A DNA stretch of 64,000 bases, taken from assembly GCF_000372725.1 (NCBI RefSeq), contig NW_005202303.1, forward strand, positions 1-64,000, given 5' to 3'. This document shows, in pieces, positions 45,593 through 58,303 of the stretch. The notes under the pieces are model-generated. The model made no database searches, was not told the origin of the DNA, and was given only the letters and a program-made list of their open reading frames with translations. Each line of letters starts with the position of its first letter. Positions within the stretch are counted from its first letter, which is position 1. The stretch comes from Emiliania huxleyi CCMP1516 (lineage: Eukaryota). Position numbers and translations under genes: made by a program.

Positions 45593-46969
45593 TTAGCCGA
45601 GCTTTTGGACTTCCGTGCACGATTTCAGCCCAAAGTCCTGGATGCCACCGGAAAGTGTGATGAAGTAGACGCAGGAAGAGGTCTCGTGGACGTCGATGCT
45701 GAGGGAGCCCTGAGTGCTGCTCTTAATGTCCAGGTACAGCGTGGAGTGCCGAGGATAATCGCATCCGTTTGTTGAGCCGTCCGAATACTCTTGCTCATTT
45801 CCCTCAAAGGGCTGATCCGGCGCAATGGAGCCATAGATATCGGCCGCGTTGCTGGAAAATGTAGCGTCGTCACAACTGCCGTCGTTGCTAACGATCCCTT
45901 CAATCGTTTGGCCAATCTCGACCCGGAAGCAGTGCTCACTGAGAGGCGTCAGAGCATCGACTCTCTGAGAGGCCACCGACGCGTAGAAAGTCCGACCCTT
46001 TGTCGCCTCCAACACATGCTTTGATGATGGATCCACACATTCGTCCCGGTAGTCAGTGAATGGGGTCCCGACGGCGAGCACGATGTTGCGCCCGCCATGG
46101 TACGATTTGCTGGTCGCGAAGTGCAAAACCACGGACCACGTGTCTAAGTAGACGAGCGTCACAGCTCGAGCGAGTTGGGTGGGAGTGGGAGGCCCAGACC
46201 CGGGAGTGGGGTGGGATGTCGGGTTGTCGTACGCGCCTCCCTTTTGCGTTGCGGTGAAGATGGCGCCACCTCCAATGGGCTCGATCTCAACCAGCGTGTC
46301 TGTATCCAGAAGGTAATGATCGAAATGGTGCGCCACGATAGACTCGACGCCATCCAAGTTGACGTCGTACTCCATGTCGAGGTCATAAACCGTAATTACA
46401 ACCTCGTGCAGCGCGGCGTGATACTCGCCCCCGGGATAGAAGAAACCGAGCTGCAGCTCTACAGACTTGTCGGGTGCGAGGTTGATCTGCGCGAACGCCC
46501 CGTTGATCGTGTTATAAGCAACATTGCCCGGGATGTAGGCGTCCGATTGCGACCCAATAACCTCGATCTTCATGTCAAAGGGGGTCCCTTGGTCCGTGGT
46601 CCCGACAGAGGGCAAGTACATATGCGGCTCGCCAGTCATCGGACCAGCGCCACCCAGGTTGTTGTGCACCCCGCCCCGAGTAGCAATGCCCATAGATCGG
46701 GCAAGCGGGGAAAGCAGGCCCGAGATGGTGTCAAACGCATCGAGGTGCTGTGCTTGCTGGTGGGCTAGCGGCAACGCTGCTAGCCCAACCAGAAGGGCGA
46801 CGCCGGCCAGCATTCCGACTCGGCGGCAGGACGCGGTAGGACTCCCACGACTCCCGGGGTTTATGTCCATCTGTGGGAGTTGGGGGCGCGTCGCAACCGA
46901 CGCCTGCTGCCCGACCAGCCGAAGCGAAACCCATCTCACGGACGGATCGAGCTCTAGAGCTCTACTCAT
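45593..46969 (-). CDS. Intronless membrane-anchored/secreted protein: NNLGGxGP beta-domain plus a C-terminal MRH-like module (start may be 46868)
   Basis: TM segment MLAGVALLVGLAAL; HNNLGGAGP...FAQINL...VYDLD...DNP...GRN; C-terminal YSDG..C..R...VHETSSCVYFI. Confidence 0.65.
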   Translation of the reverse strand: MSRALELDPSVRWVSLRLVGQQASVATRPQLPQMDINPGSRGSPTASCRRVGMLAGVALLVGLAALPLAHQQAQHLDAFDTISGLLSPLARSMGIATRGGVHNNLGGAGPMTGEPHMYLPSVGTTDQGTPFDMKIEVIGSQSDAYIPGNVAYNTINGAFAQINLAPDKSVELQLGFFYPGGEYHAALHEVVITVYDLDMEYDVNLDGVESIVAHHFDHYLLDTDTLVEIEPIGGGAIFTATQKGGAYDNPTSHPTPGSGPPTPTQLARAVTLVYLDTWSVVLHFATSKSYHGGRNIVLAVGTPFTDYRDECVDPSSKHVLEATKGRTFYASVASQRVDALTPLSEHCFRVEIGQTIEGIVSNDGSCDDATFSSNAADIYGSIAPDQPFEGNEQEYSDGSTNGCDYPRHSTLYLDIKSSTQGSLSIDVHETSSCVYFITLSGGIQDFGLKSCTEVQKLG

Positions 46970-47751
46970 CAAATGTACTTTTAGCTTGGGAGAAAAGCTG
47001 GAGTTATTTTCTCATGTACGTACTTATAGCTTACTGGGAGAAAAGAGAGAGGGGGGTTGTGTTCTCTAGGCCCCTAAGGGCCCTACGCGCGGCGTGAGAG
47101 CTCGGAAGCGAGCTTTGCACGGCGATCGAGGATGGCACGGTTTACCCCCTTCACCGAGGCGATGGAGATGCGTTCCGCGTGGTGTGACACAAATGAGAGG
47201 CGGGAGTGGGGAGGGTACGCGGTGCGGTCAACGCCCGAGCGTTGAGCCTTGCGCGCAAGGCGGTTGATCTTTGCAACTGCTGGCGGCGAGAAGCCGTCGC
47301 CGAATGTCTCGTGGAGAAGCAGGTTGAACTTGTTGCGTTTGGTGAAGATCCCATCATGGTAGTGGCCTCTCTCATGTATGTGGCTCTTACGTACATTCCC
47401 AGTTTACAAAAAAACTCCCTCGCACAACACTGGGCACGGGACTGGCGCGCACTGTCACAAAGCGACTCGCCCGCGAGGGCGTATTCCGTATACGCGGTAC
47501 TTTTAGCTTACCTGGGAGCAGGGAGAAAAGGGAGAGGGGTGTTGTGTTCTCTAGCGTCTAGGCCCCTAACGGCCCTACGCGCGGCGTGAGAGCTCGGAAG
47601 CGAGCTTTGCACGGCGATCGAGGATGTAGAGTGGCGCTTCGGAAGAGGTTCCTCTTTCCGCTCCCCCTCCCCCCCGCAAGCGAGCCTGGTAAAACACAGC
47701 GACCGTGTCTCTGACTCCCCTCTGACGCTAGCGCCTTTCAGCGTTTCAGGT

Positions 47752-50700
47752 TCAGCTGCTCTGGACCGCATTGGAGCCGGCGGCTGCCTGTGAGAGCGCC
47801 ATGTCGTCGAGCTCCTCCATGAGCGCCTCGATGTTGGCGTAGCCCTGCTCCTCGAGCGAGCTCGCCGACGTCGTGCTCTCGCCGTCGCCGCGCACCTCTC
47901 TCTGCGCGGCGTGCAGGCTGCGCAGGCCGGCGGCCGCCTCGTCCTGAAGATAGTGAAGACATCAAGGCGACTCAGGGTGCGAGAGTATCCACATCGGGGT
48001 GCACCTCTCGGCTGTGTCTCTCGGCGGTGTCTCTCGGCGGTGTCGCGGCTAAGTCGCGGCTATGTCGCGGCGGTGTCTCGGGCATGTCTCGGCGGTGTCT
48101 CGGCGGTGTCTCGGCGGTCTCTCGCCTCGTCCTCTCCGAAGCACTCAGCGAGGGCCGTGTCGCCACTCATCACGTGCACGCGCGGCCGGTCGCCGTCCAC
48201 CTAACCACACCTCACGCTGTGAAGAGACGCCGTTCACAGCTCACGCCGCCGCGCGGACCGGCCGTCGCCCACCCACAACCGCTTCACGCGCCGGATGCGG
48301 CACCCGCCCGCCTATGAACAGAAATCCGCGCGTGAAAAAGAAATACGACGACAAACAAATATGGCGCGCGTCGCGCCAGCTCGAGGGCACGGCCGCCGGG
48401 CCAGCTGCCTGCAGCCATGGACACGATCGGGGTGAACCGGGGATGTGCTTTTGCTTGAATACCCTCTCGTGCCGTGCATGGGGTGTAGCATCGCATCAGA
48501 TGTATTTAGGTAGCATCGCATGAGAGGTAGCATCGCATCAGATGTGGCATCGCCACAAGGGGATGCAACTGCAGCGAGTACAGCGGAGTACAGCCGACCA
48601 CAGCTGAATGCGTGTCCTCTCGAGCGCTGGTTCGAACGCGTATTCCGCTTCTAGGCCCAGCCGCCGGCGACGAACGCCGCGGGCGCGCCGTCGATGAGTG
48701 TGTCGCTGAGCAGCGCGCGCGAGTTTTCGGCGAGGAGTAGCGCGGCCTAGTCAGAGCAACTCATCAGAGTATGAGGATTCAACTGGTGAGAGGTGTCTCG
48801 GGAGGAGTAGCGCGGCCTAAGAACGATGAGTCATCATACTATTAGAATGATAACTGGTGAGAGGTGTCTCGGCGATAGCGCGGCCTAAAAGAAGAGGCAT
48901 CACAATTGAGAATGATATAACTGGTGAGAGGTGCTCGGCGGTAGCGCGGCCTCAGAGCAGTGCGACAGCGTGCAAGCCGTGCAACGTAGCCGCGCCTGGG
49001 AGATATGGGGAGATCTGGGGAGATTGCAAGCCGTGCAACGTAGCCGCGCCTGGAGATATGGGGAGATCTGGGGAGATAGCCGTGCAACGTAGCCGCGCCT
49101 GGGTGGGTCAGTCAGTGTGACACACTCCCAGCACGGAGGATGGGGCACATACACACTCGCGAGCACACGGGGGCATTGCACACGAGGCGGTGTGTGCGTT
49201 CTCAGGGAGAGGCAGCACCACGCAGACATACGTGCAATCTTCAGAGGGGCAGCGGTGGGGAACTCGCGCGCCTTGTTCCGCAGCCCCCTCCCCTACCCCA
49301 CAGGACCCGAACCCACCCTCCCCTACCAGCCGAACCCACCCGCGGCGCCTTGTTCCGCAGTACCAACGCGTAGCACGCCTGCAGTGTGGACACGCAAACC
49401 TCAGGGCGGGAGGAGGCCGTCTGTCTCTCCCTTCTCGACTGTCTGTGCTTGTGCGTCTTGGGCCCCGGGGTTGTGTTTTTGCGTGAATTCGAAGGCAACG
49501 CGGTCCTCTCTCGAATGCTGATCAGAATGCAACTCTCGTCTCCAGTTTCTCTCGGGTCGCAGGCCGTCTTTCGGATGCCGGCCTCCTGCACCGACCTGCG
49601 AAGGAACCGGGAAGGGGGAGCGAGGACTGCGTCGGGAGGGGGGCCAGTCGTACTACGCGATGGAGGGGAGCCAATGCGCTACTCTTAAGTGGTTGGAGAC
49701 TCCTCGGAGGCAGCCGCGACAGCTCAGAGTGTCGGCTGTCTTCTGGAGGGGAGCCAATGCGCTACTCTGAAGTGGCAGCCGCTTATGGAGGAGGGCCAGC
49801 TGAACTACTCGAGAAGGAGCGTCTGTGTTGGGGCCAGGATGCGAGGAAGGCTGTTCAAGGGCTCGTGCGTACCCGTAGGCCGAGAGCACCACCACGCTCG
49901 TGCCCATCTCCTGTTGAAAACAATACGCGCTGCAGATGCGTGCTGCCTGCTCCGCGTGTTTCTTTTGCGGCTGACTCCTGCTCGCTCTCGCCGCCGAGCG
50001 TGCACCGCTCCAGCGTCACCTGCAGTGCAAAAGTGATATGCATGCATCGGGCGGTTGGGGCACGCACGCGCAGCACACTCAGGCGAGGGACTTCAGCACA
50101 CTGCAACACACTCAAGGCGAGGGACTTCAGCACACTCCACGCCGTGGGGCTAGCACGCACGCATGGAGCAGGTGTGGGGCAAAGACGGCCGAAATATGCA
50201 CCTGCGCGCCGCCGCTCAGCCGCAGAGCGCAGCCGTGCGAGCAGCGCAGCCTAAAAGAAGCCGCGCCGTCAAAAACAGAGACGGATCTCTTCGAGCGCAC
50301 CCGTCAGAGCAGCGGAGCCGGAGCCGCGCCAGCAGCCACTGGCCTCCCACGCACCGCAGGCAGTCGCCGCCTAAGGACATGTCTCGGACATATCGTGGAC
50401 AACACCTGGACCTGTCACCTCTACAGGCAGCTGCCGCCGGCGTCGTCGAAGCGCACGCCGTGGATGGAGCCGCCGCCGGCGCCGAGCACGAGCGTGCCTC
50501 GAACGACCGCGCCCACCTCGCCTCGGATGGCGAGCGGCAGAGCGCTCAGCGGCTGCAGCGCGGCGCCGCAGTCGATGTGGTGCTCGCCCCGGCGCAGCAG
50601 GATGCGCTGCCCCGGCGCGGCACGCGCGATGGCTACGGCCAGCGAGGGCGCGTCGTCCGGCACGATCAGCTCTATGAAGCGCATGATGCAGCGGAGGAGA

Positions 50701-50825
50701 TCGGCGTGCGACGCCACCAGCCGGAGGGGAGACCTCTCGCCGAGCCGCTCGTGTGAGGCCATGCAGAGGGTAAGCGCGGTCGTCGACCATGCCCCCGTCA
50801 ACCATGGCGCGTCAGGCGACGCCAT
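47752..50825 (-). CDS. Right-handed beta-helix (pectin lyase-like fold) protein, multi-exon; exon linkage uncertain
   Basis: VPDDAPSLAVAIARAAPGQRILLRRGEH...LAIRGE...IHGVRF; later exons VTLERCTL and ALLSDTLI. Confidence 0.55.
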
Positions 50826-52006
50826 TGGCGCAGCGACGCGTGAGCCTCACTGACTGGCCCCTACCTCGACGAGGCCCGATGGACGTACCAGCCCGCAATC
50901 GAGTCTTCTGATAAACGCACACGTAGTGAGAGAGAGAGAGTCCGTACGTAGTACATGTACACGTACGTACATGTACCACTACTCTCTCTCTCTCTCTCTA
51001 CATGTACGTACTTTTTTTCTCTCTCTCTACATGTATGGAAGATACAAAGAGACGGAGGAGCAACGAGCGCCCTGGCGTGAGCCAAAGACACTCCCTCCGT
51101 AGACACTGATCACACACGGGTGGGTGGGACAGGGTGGGTCACAACGAAGCACGAGAGCGTGCACGACAGAGCGACGGCGCAGCGCACTGCCGTCCAGCTA
51201 AAAAGCGGCGGCCGACGGCTGCTGCGCAAAGTGATCCGTTCTAAAATAGGTGCCGGGGCCCAACGGATAGATGAATCCGGGGCACCCTCCGCTCGAATCC
51301 CTGGCCATCGCACGGAACTCCATGACGGGGCTGTCACTCGGGAGCCAACCCGCAAGCGGAATAGACGCGCAAAACGTGTCGTGAAGCACTCACGCAGACG
51401 GGGGGGGGTCCCGTACCCGCCATGCGGAATCGACCCTATCCAGTGCTCAAGTGCTCAAGTAGAATGCGCCACGCTGCCCGGCGTTTCTCACTTTCCGGGA
51501 ACAGCAGACACTCTTTCTTTTACTGGAAAATTCTTCGTTGGGCGTTGCCGTTGAGAGAGAGAGAGAAATCTCTCTCTCTCTTTTGCCGTTGGTAATTTGC
51601 AAAAATGCTAAATGCTTGGGCAAATTACACATAAAATCAAGCTTGTGTAACGCGCGCTGTGCCACTGTAAAATGGACGAACTAGCCTGTCACCGAACACC
51701 GACAGTTGGAGTTGCAGTTGGTGGGAATTGAATAGCTCCGCACACGACATGCTTGGTCAAGACAAGAACCACATAACGAACTAGTAGCACCCCCGCCCCG
51801 CCCCTGAACACACATCTGCTCCTCTCGACCACAGGAGGGGTACGACCAGGCCGAGATGGTAAAGCCCTAGCCCGAGGCTACTGCGCCTGCGCACTCCAAC
51901 CCCAGCGCCCAGACCGAACACCCGCGCCGGGGTGGGCCCTCCGGCGGCTCGACGCCGCAAGCACGAGTCAGCCGCCGCAGTCGTCTTGGAAGAGGAGCGC
52001 GGCCCG

Positions 52007-55000
52007 CTAGTCGTAGACGTCAAAGCAGACCTGTCGCCTCTTCTTGGGCGCGTCGTAGTCCTTGACCACCGCCGCTGCCAGCGCGCCGCCGCCGTCTTCG
52101 CCCCCTGCCGCGGCGTTGGCCTGCTCCAGCGCACGCTTGCGCGCCTCGCTCTGCTGGTTGAGGCAGGCGGGGTTGAACATGATGTAGCGCGCGCTGCCGT
52201 ACGAGAAGTCGTCGTCGGACTCGGTGCCTAAGACAAAAGAAAGCGGACTGCCCGGTGTGTGTCGCGTTCGTGAGCAGCCGTCGTCGGACTGTTGTGCAAT
52301 CGGTGTTCGGCGTGCCCGCCATCCCGCAGCCGCAGTAGCCGTCATTGCCCTTGTCGTGCTCGAAGCCGCGGCCGCACTCGCACTTCTTGGAGACCGCCTC
52401 GGCGCACGCCTGAGAGGTGGCGGAGAGGTGGGCAAGGGGTGGCAGAGAGGTGGGCAAGGGGTGGCGGAGAGGGTGGCGGAGAGGTGGCGGAGAGGTGGCC
52501 TCGATCCCAAGCCGAGACGGGGTGGTGGTGGGGTGGGGGGAGATGTGGCCGAGATCGCGCCTCGAGCGTCATCCCGTTCCCGAGGTGCAGCCGGTGAATG
52601 TCGCCCGCGCCGCCCGCGTTGCTGAAGCAGGAGCTGTCCTCGGCGACCTAAGGCAAGGCAAGCTCCACTTCCTTCTCCACACACACGAGGTGGTGAGGCA
52701 AAAGGCCAGGGCAGACCCTCGCGACTCCACATCTAAAGTCAGGAGCCCCACGGCAGTCAGGCGCCAAACCCAATGTGCGTGGGGAGAGCGGAACCCAACC
52801 CCTCCCGGCTAGGCGTGCGCACCAGCTTATAGCTCAGCCCGCCCGACGGCTTGGGCGCCTCCGCCTCGAGCTTCTTGAAGAGCTCCTGGGCCGGCGTCGC
52901 CTAGGAACCGGTGTGCGCGCCGCTTCAGACAGGAGCTACACCCGTCACGGACGCCAAGGCTGCTGAGCGGGCCACAAGTCTCCCAAAGCAGGCGTGGGGT
53001 GCTAGCACTACGGGTGTGTCGAGGCAAAGGCGCACAGCAGACCACTAGAGGCGGCTACACAATCGCGTGGGCGTCGCCTTTGTCGCCCGGTGGCTCGCCG
53101 TCCAGCCTTCCATGTGCCTAGATTAGCCGAGACGAGCCGAGATGAGCCGAGAGTAAAACCAGCCTTCCATGTGCCGAGATGAGCCGAGATGAGCCGAGAT
53201 GAGCCGAGATGAGCCGAGATTACGTCCAGCCCTCCACGTGCCTGCGCGTGCCGTCGAGCGTCTCCTTGCACCGCTGCATCGCTTGGTCCGCCTGCGCCTC
53301 CACCAGCATCGCGCCCTTTCCCGGAAACTTCCAAAAGACGCCGGACTCGACGAGGCGCGAGAGCGCGGCGCCGTGGAACCTTTGCATTGGGGCCGAGGAG
53401 TCGCGACCAGTGGAGGAGGAGTGTGTCGGCCGGCGGGAGTCCGGTGGTGGTGCCACTTCGTCATCTTGTCAACCTGAGCCCCTCTGCTCTGCTCTTCTCT
53501 ACTCTTCTCTTCCGTTCTCTTCTCTTCTCTCTACACCCTGCAGTGTGCAATACACTGCGAGCAAAAGACACTGAGGAGGGAGCGGAGGGAGGGACGCGCC
53601 CCTTCATCATCTCGTCGAGATGTGGGGAGATGTGGGGAGATGTGGGGAGATGTGGGGAGACGCACCCCTTCATCATCTTGTCGACGGCCGCCACCGCCTA
53701 CTCAATCGCGATCTCGCGCGATCTCGCGCGATCTCGGATGATCTCGTTGCCGACGGCGGCCGCCACCTCGTCGCGCAGCTTCGCGTTGTCTGCCGACTCC
53801 TCGCGGTACCAGTAAAACTTGGTGCGCAGCTCTTCGTTGAGGGTGGCGCACCTGTTCACAGCTGCAGGTGTGAAGAGACGCTGCTCACACCATCGTGCAG
53901 CTCCTGGTTGAGGGAGGAGCAGCTGCGAGGGGAGAGGAGGCCGACAGGAGGGCGGGGAGGCGGGTGTTGTGCAGCAGGTTGTGCAGAGTACTCGGAGCAC
54001 CGCGTGAGTACGAGGGGAGGCGGAGACAGTGAGTACAGCTGAATACGGTCGAGTACAGCGGAGTGCGTGTCCTCTCGAGCGCGAGTTGGGGTACACGAGT
54101 CCGTATCCCGCTTCTAGGGAGGCGCACTGCTCGTCGAACCACTTGCGGTTGCGCTCGCGCAGGCGGTTGAGGGTCTCGGCCTCGTCGGCCGTGTCGAGCT
54201 CGAGGTCGGAGCGGTCGAGGATGTATCCGTGCTTCAGCCAGAGGGAGACCTGCTCTCGGGAGGGGTGGGGAGGTTTGTGGAGGTGTGGGGAGGGGTGGGG
54301 AGGGGTGGTGAGGGGTGGGGAGGGGTGGGGAGGGGTGGGGAGGGGTGGGGAGGGGTGGGTAGAGGTGGGGAGAGGTGGGGAGAGGTGGGGAGAGATGGGG
54401 AAGGTGTGGGGAGGTGTGGGGAGAGATGGGGAGATCAGGGAGATCTAGGGAGATCTGGGGAGGCCTGCGCGACAAAGTCGGTGCCGACGAGCGGCTGCGG
54501 CGTGCACTCGGAGAGGGTGAGCACTGTCCCCGCCTAGTACCATACCCGCCAGAGTCTCGAACCCAGTGTGGGTTCGGTCCCGTGGCTGTAGGGTGAGCAC
54601 GGCCCCCCGCCTCCTTGCAGCGGTGCACCGCCTTGAGGTCGTGCATCGCCGCCGCACGCACCTGCGCGGGTTCGGGTTCCGGGGTGGGTTGGGGATCCCA
54701 GCCCCCCCCCCCGAGAGATCTGGGGAGATTGCAGCGGGAGAGATGGGCACTGTCAGAGTCGACGAGAGGGTCTACGAGAGGGCATGAGACGGGAGTGGCG
54801 GCGCGCTCGGCGCCCCGGCTCTCCCCTGCAGAAGGGGGGGGAGAGGCAAGAGAGCCCCGGCGTTCGAGTGGACCTGGTCGGCGTCGTGCAGGGCCCAGGC
54901 ACTTCCCAGGCACTTCCCAGGCACTTCCCAGGCACTTCCCAGGCACTACCTAGGCACCACCTAGACACCACCTGGTCGGCGTCGTGCAGGTAGTCCGCCG

Positions 55001-56579
55001 ACAGGATCGTCGAGTTGTACTTAGCCAGGTTGGCAACCACTTCGTCCGAGGCGTGCGGCCGCCGCACCTGCGCGCTGAGTACGCCGACCTCGGGGCGGGA
55101 GGGCGGACTCGCGCAAGGGATTCAGGCGGGGTGTGAATACCAGCGACACACAAGTCCAGTTCAATACCGCGGACTACAGCGGAGCACAGTCGAAGACGCC
55201 TCCTCTCGTGCGCTGGTTGGGAAGACAAGAATGCGTCCTCCGCTTCTAGGGCCGCCGCACAGTCACCAGCTCCTGCTGCTCAAAGAGCCGCTCGACGAGC
55301 CAGGTGGAGGAGGAGGCGGCCTCACCTGGAGGGGTAGGGTGGTGGCGGAGGGGTGGGGTGGTGGCGGAGGGGTAGGGTGGTGGCGGAGGGGTGGGGTGGC
55401 GGCGGAGGGGTAGGGTGGTGGCGGAGGGGTGGGGTGGCGGCGGAGGGGTGGGGTGGCGGCGGAGGGGTGGGGTGGCGGCGGCGGAGGGGTGGGGTGGCGG
55501 CGGAGGGGTGGGGTGGCGGCGGCGTGGGCGGCGGAGGGGTGGGGTGGCGGCGGCGTGGGTGGAGGAGGAGGAGGGAGGGAGTGCCTCCCAAGACAGCGAT
55601 GCCCGCGCCGGACGCGCGCGAGGCGTTGCGCAGCGCAGCGAGCAGGTCGGTCGCCGCCATGCCTGCAGGAAGGTTCCGAGAAGGTTCGTGGACGGCTCCG
55701 CGCCGCGAGCGGCTCCGTCGCCGCCAGACCCGAGTTGTGCAGGTTGTAGATGTTGAAGGATTGGATCGACCAGACGAGCCGCGGCTTGGCCTAAGGCAAG
55801 GTGAGGTCAGGTAGACTCCTCCACACACACGAGGGTGGTGGGGCAAGGGCCGGGCAGCCCCTGGCGACTCCACGTCTAGACGACAGGAGCCCCGCGGCAT
55901 TCAAAGTGCAGGGCCCAGTGCGCGTGGGTGAGCGAGTGTGAGAGTGCAGATTGGCCTGCAGCAGCGGGGCACTTCTCAGCTACCCAGGCGCCTTTTGCAC
56001 GAGTTGGCCGCTGTCGGTGAGGGCCTGCAGCATCGACAGCGCGTGGCTCGCGTGCGCGTTCAGGCTCGCCACCGTCGACGCGTCCACCGGGAACATCGTG
56101 TTGAAGATGACGACCGAAGAGAGCAGGTAGACGAGCCCAAACAGGTTGGCCTCGTACGTCTTGGAGGTGATGCCGCCGACGCCGCTGAAGCCCTCAGTGT
56201 CGATGAAGAGCACGCGCAGCGTGCTCCCGTCCGCCACCTTCACCTCGATCGGCTGGCTCGCGATCCACACTCCGCCGGTGTGCGACGTGACGCCCGAGCC
56301 AACCTCAAAGATGTTTTCGTGCTCGCCGCGGAAGAAGGCGCGGCCGAGGATGGAGCTCTTGCCGGTGCGCGTGGGGCCGACGGCGCTCACGATGGCGAAG
56401 GGCTCCGTCTGCGCCCGCAGCACGTTCAAGCCTTCCTCGACCAGCTCGAGCTGGCCGGTGGACACAGCGGGCTTGCGAAAGAGCGGCACGGCGTGCCACC
56501 CTTGGTCGCCGGAGAGACCGCCGAAGGCCAAGCCGACCTCGAGGAGGGCGAGGAGGGGGAGGATCGCCCGCGTGCCCAT
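52007..56579 (-). CDS. Guanylate-binding protein (GBP/atlastin-like) GTPase with a signal peptide and Cys-rich C-terminus, many exons
   Basis: VSAVGPTRTGKS (G1), SHTGGVW (G2), FIDTEG (G3), LLSSVVIFN; downstream RLVWSIQSF and VRRPHASD. Confidence 0.85.
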
Positions 56580-57073
56580 ATATGCTGCTGAGGTGTGGTC
56601 GAAGTGTTTACGTGAGCAACCACAAGGCTTTGGTTCGAAGCAAGCCCGAGCCGCTGACAAGTTCACGGTTGGGAAAAAGAATTTTCACGTCCCACTGGCA
56701 GCCCTCCCTTGGGTTGCCCGTTTTCTTTCTTTCTTTTACTGGGCACGAAAAAGAACATCCACCAAGACATTTTGACTCGCAGGACGAGGCAGACGAGAGC
56801 GACGCGACAGAGGAGGAAGGAAGCGACAGGAGGGAGGGAGAACGACGAGAGTGGGACGACCGCGAGGTGGCATGAAGGTTGCAGCCGAGGAATCGGCGAG
56901 GGACTATGCGAAGGGAGATAGAAAGAGGCAGACGACCAAGGGTTAGGGTGGGCGACGGCTAGCACCACACTCCTCTCCTTAAAATCCCTGTGTGGTGGGG
57001 GCGTGCCGTCCTCCCATCCCTCCCTTGGCTTGTCTGTTTTCTTTCTTTCTTTACTCGGAGAAAAGCCCGATGA

Positions 57074-58303
57074 CTACCTGAGGGAGGGTGTAGAGGATGT
57101 AGAGTGTACCGGATCTGGCGCATCCTCGGTCACCATTTTGTCGAGCAGTACGGCGACAACAACGTTGATGAGCACGATTTGGCAGATGACGATGAAGGAG
57201 ACGTAGAAGAGCGCCGGCCCGAGCGCCATTTTCATTGAAAATATGGCCGGACGGGCGACCATCTCGGACCACGACTCGCCCGTCAGCACTTGAAAGAGCG
57301 TGTACAGCGCGCGGAAGAAAGTGCCGTAGTACTCTTCGCCGTACGTGAAGCCACGTGCCGTCTCGGACGAGACCGTCTGATTGAGCGAGCAAAGGCCGGA
57401 CTCGACCTCCTCCTCGGTGCAGACTCCGCGCAAGACGTTCTCGTTGTAGGTGGTCAGGGTGCCATCCTCGCCCGTCATGTGAAAAAAGTCGACTCCGAGA
57501 ATCGCGTAAATGCACATCACGATGACCTGGATCACAAAGGCGTTGAACACGCCGGGGATCGCGGTGCCCAGCGATGTCAGGATCTTGTTGAGGCTCTTGA
57601 CCCGCTTGAAGAGGCGGAAGATGCGAAAGGCGCGAAGGTTCCTAATGAGAGCGAGCTGCGGTGGCATGAAATTGCCGCCGATCGCCTCCGCCATGGAGAC
57701 GCAGCCGATGCAGACGACAAGCAGGTCGAAGATGTTCCAGCCTGGGTCAGGGTGGGCGGCGGTGAGAAGACTGGCTCGGGGCAGGGTGGGCGGGCTGCGG
57801 GCCCGAGCAGCACCGGGGTTGTGACGCCAGAACGCAAAAGCGAGCCCGTAGAAGTTAACGAGCAGCTCGATGAGGAAGAGCATGTTGAATGAGAACTCGC
57901 CCCACTTCCAGACTGCGGGCGTGAGCTGGTCCACATACGGATCAAACTCCTTCTCGGCGATGTTGAAGATAAAGTTGGAGACGATGAGGACGGCAGTGGC
58001 AATCTGTACCGGCTGGCTCTGATAGGCCTGGTAGACTTGGAGCTGGCGCGGGAGGCAGAAGACGACTCCCTTCGGAGGAGGCATAGCAATGTCTTCCCAG
58101 GTCAATGCTGTCGACTTTGGGGCGGGCTCGGCTGCCGCATCTCCACCGGCCTCTGACGGAGCATAAGAGCAAGCGCTCTCCGACGGCGTGCTCTCTTCGC
58201 AGTCGGTGTCGGAGCAAGCAACTTCGCGGTTGTGAGCCGCGGCCGCAGCCTGTGCCTGGGCCTCCCTCTTGCGTTTGCGGGCGGCGTGGATCGCCGCGAT
58301 CAT
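57074..58303 (-). CDS. Single-domain voltage-gated Na+/Ca2+ channel, EukCatB-type (in-frame intron 57742-57813; C-terminus possibly truncated)
   Basis: 6TM layout; WNIFD; S4 RNLRAFRIFRLFKR; long S5-P loop; filter FQVLTGESWSE; S6 LINVVVAVLL. Confidence 0.9.
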   Translation of the reverse strand: MIAAIHAARKRKREAQAQAAAAAHNREVACSDTDCEESTPSESACSYAPSEAGGDAAAEPAPKSTALTWEDIAMPPPKGVVFCLPRQLQVYQAYQSQPVQIATAVLIVSNFIFNIAEKEFDPYVDQLTPAVWKWGEFSFNMLFLIELLVNFYGLAFAFWRHNPGAARARSPPTLPRASLLTAAHPDPGWNIFDLLVVCIGCVSMAEAIGGNFMPPQLALIRNLRAFRIFRLFKRVKSLNKILTSLGTAIPGVFNAFVIQVIVMCIYAILGVDFFHMTGEDGTLTTYNENVLRGVCTEEEVESGLCSLNQTVSSETARGFTYGEEYYGTFFRALYTLFQVLTGESWSEMVARPAIFSMKMALGPALFYVSFIVICQIVLINVVVAVLLDKMVTEDAPDPVHSTSSTPSLR

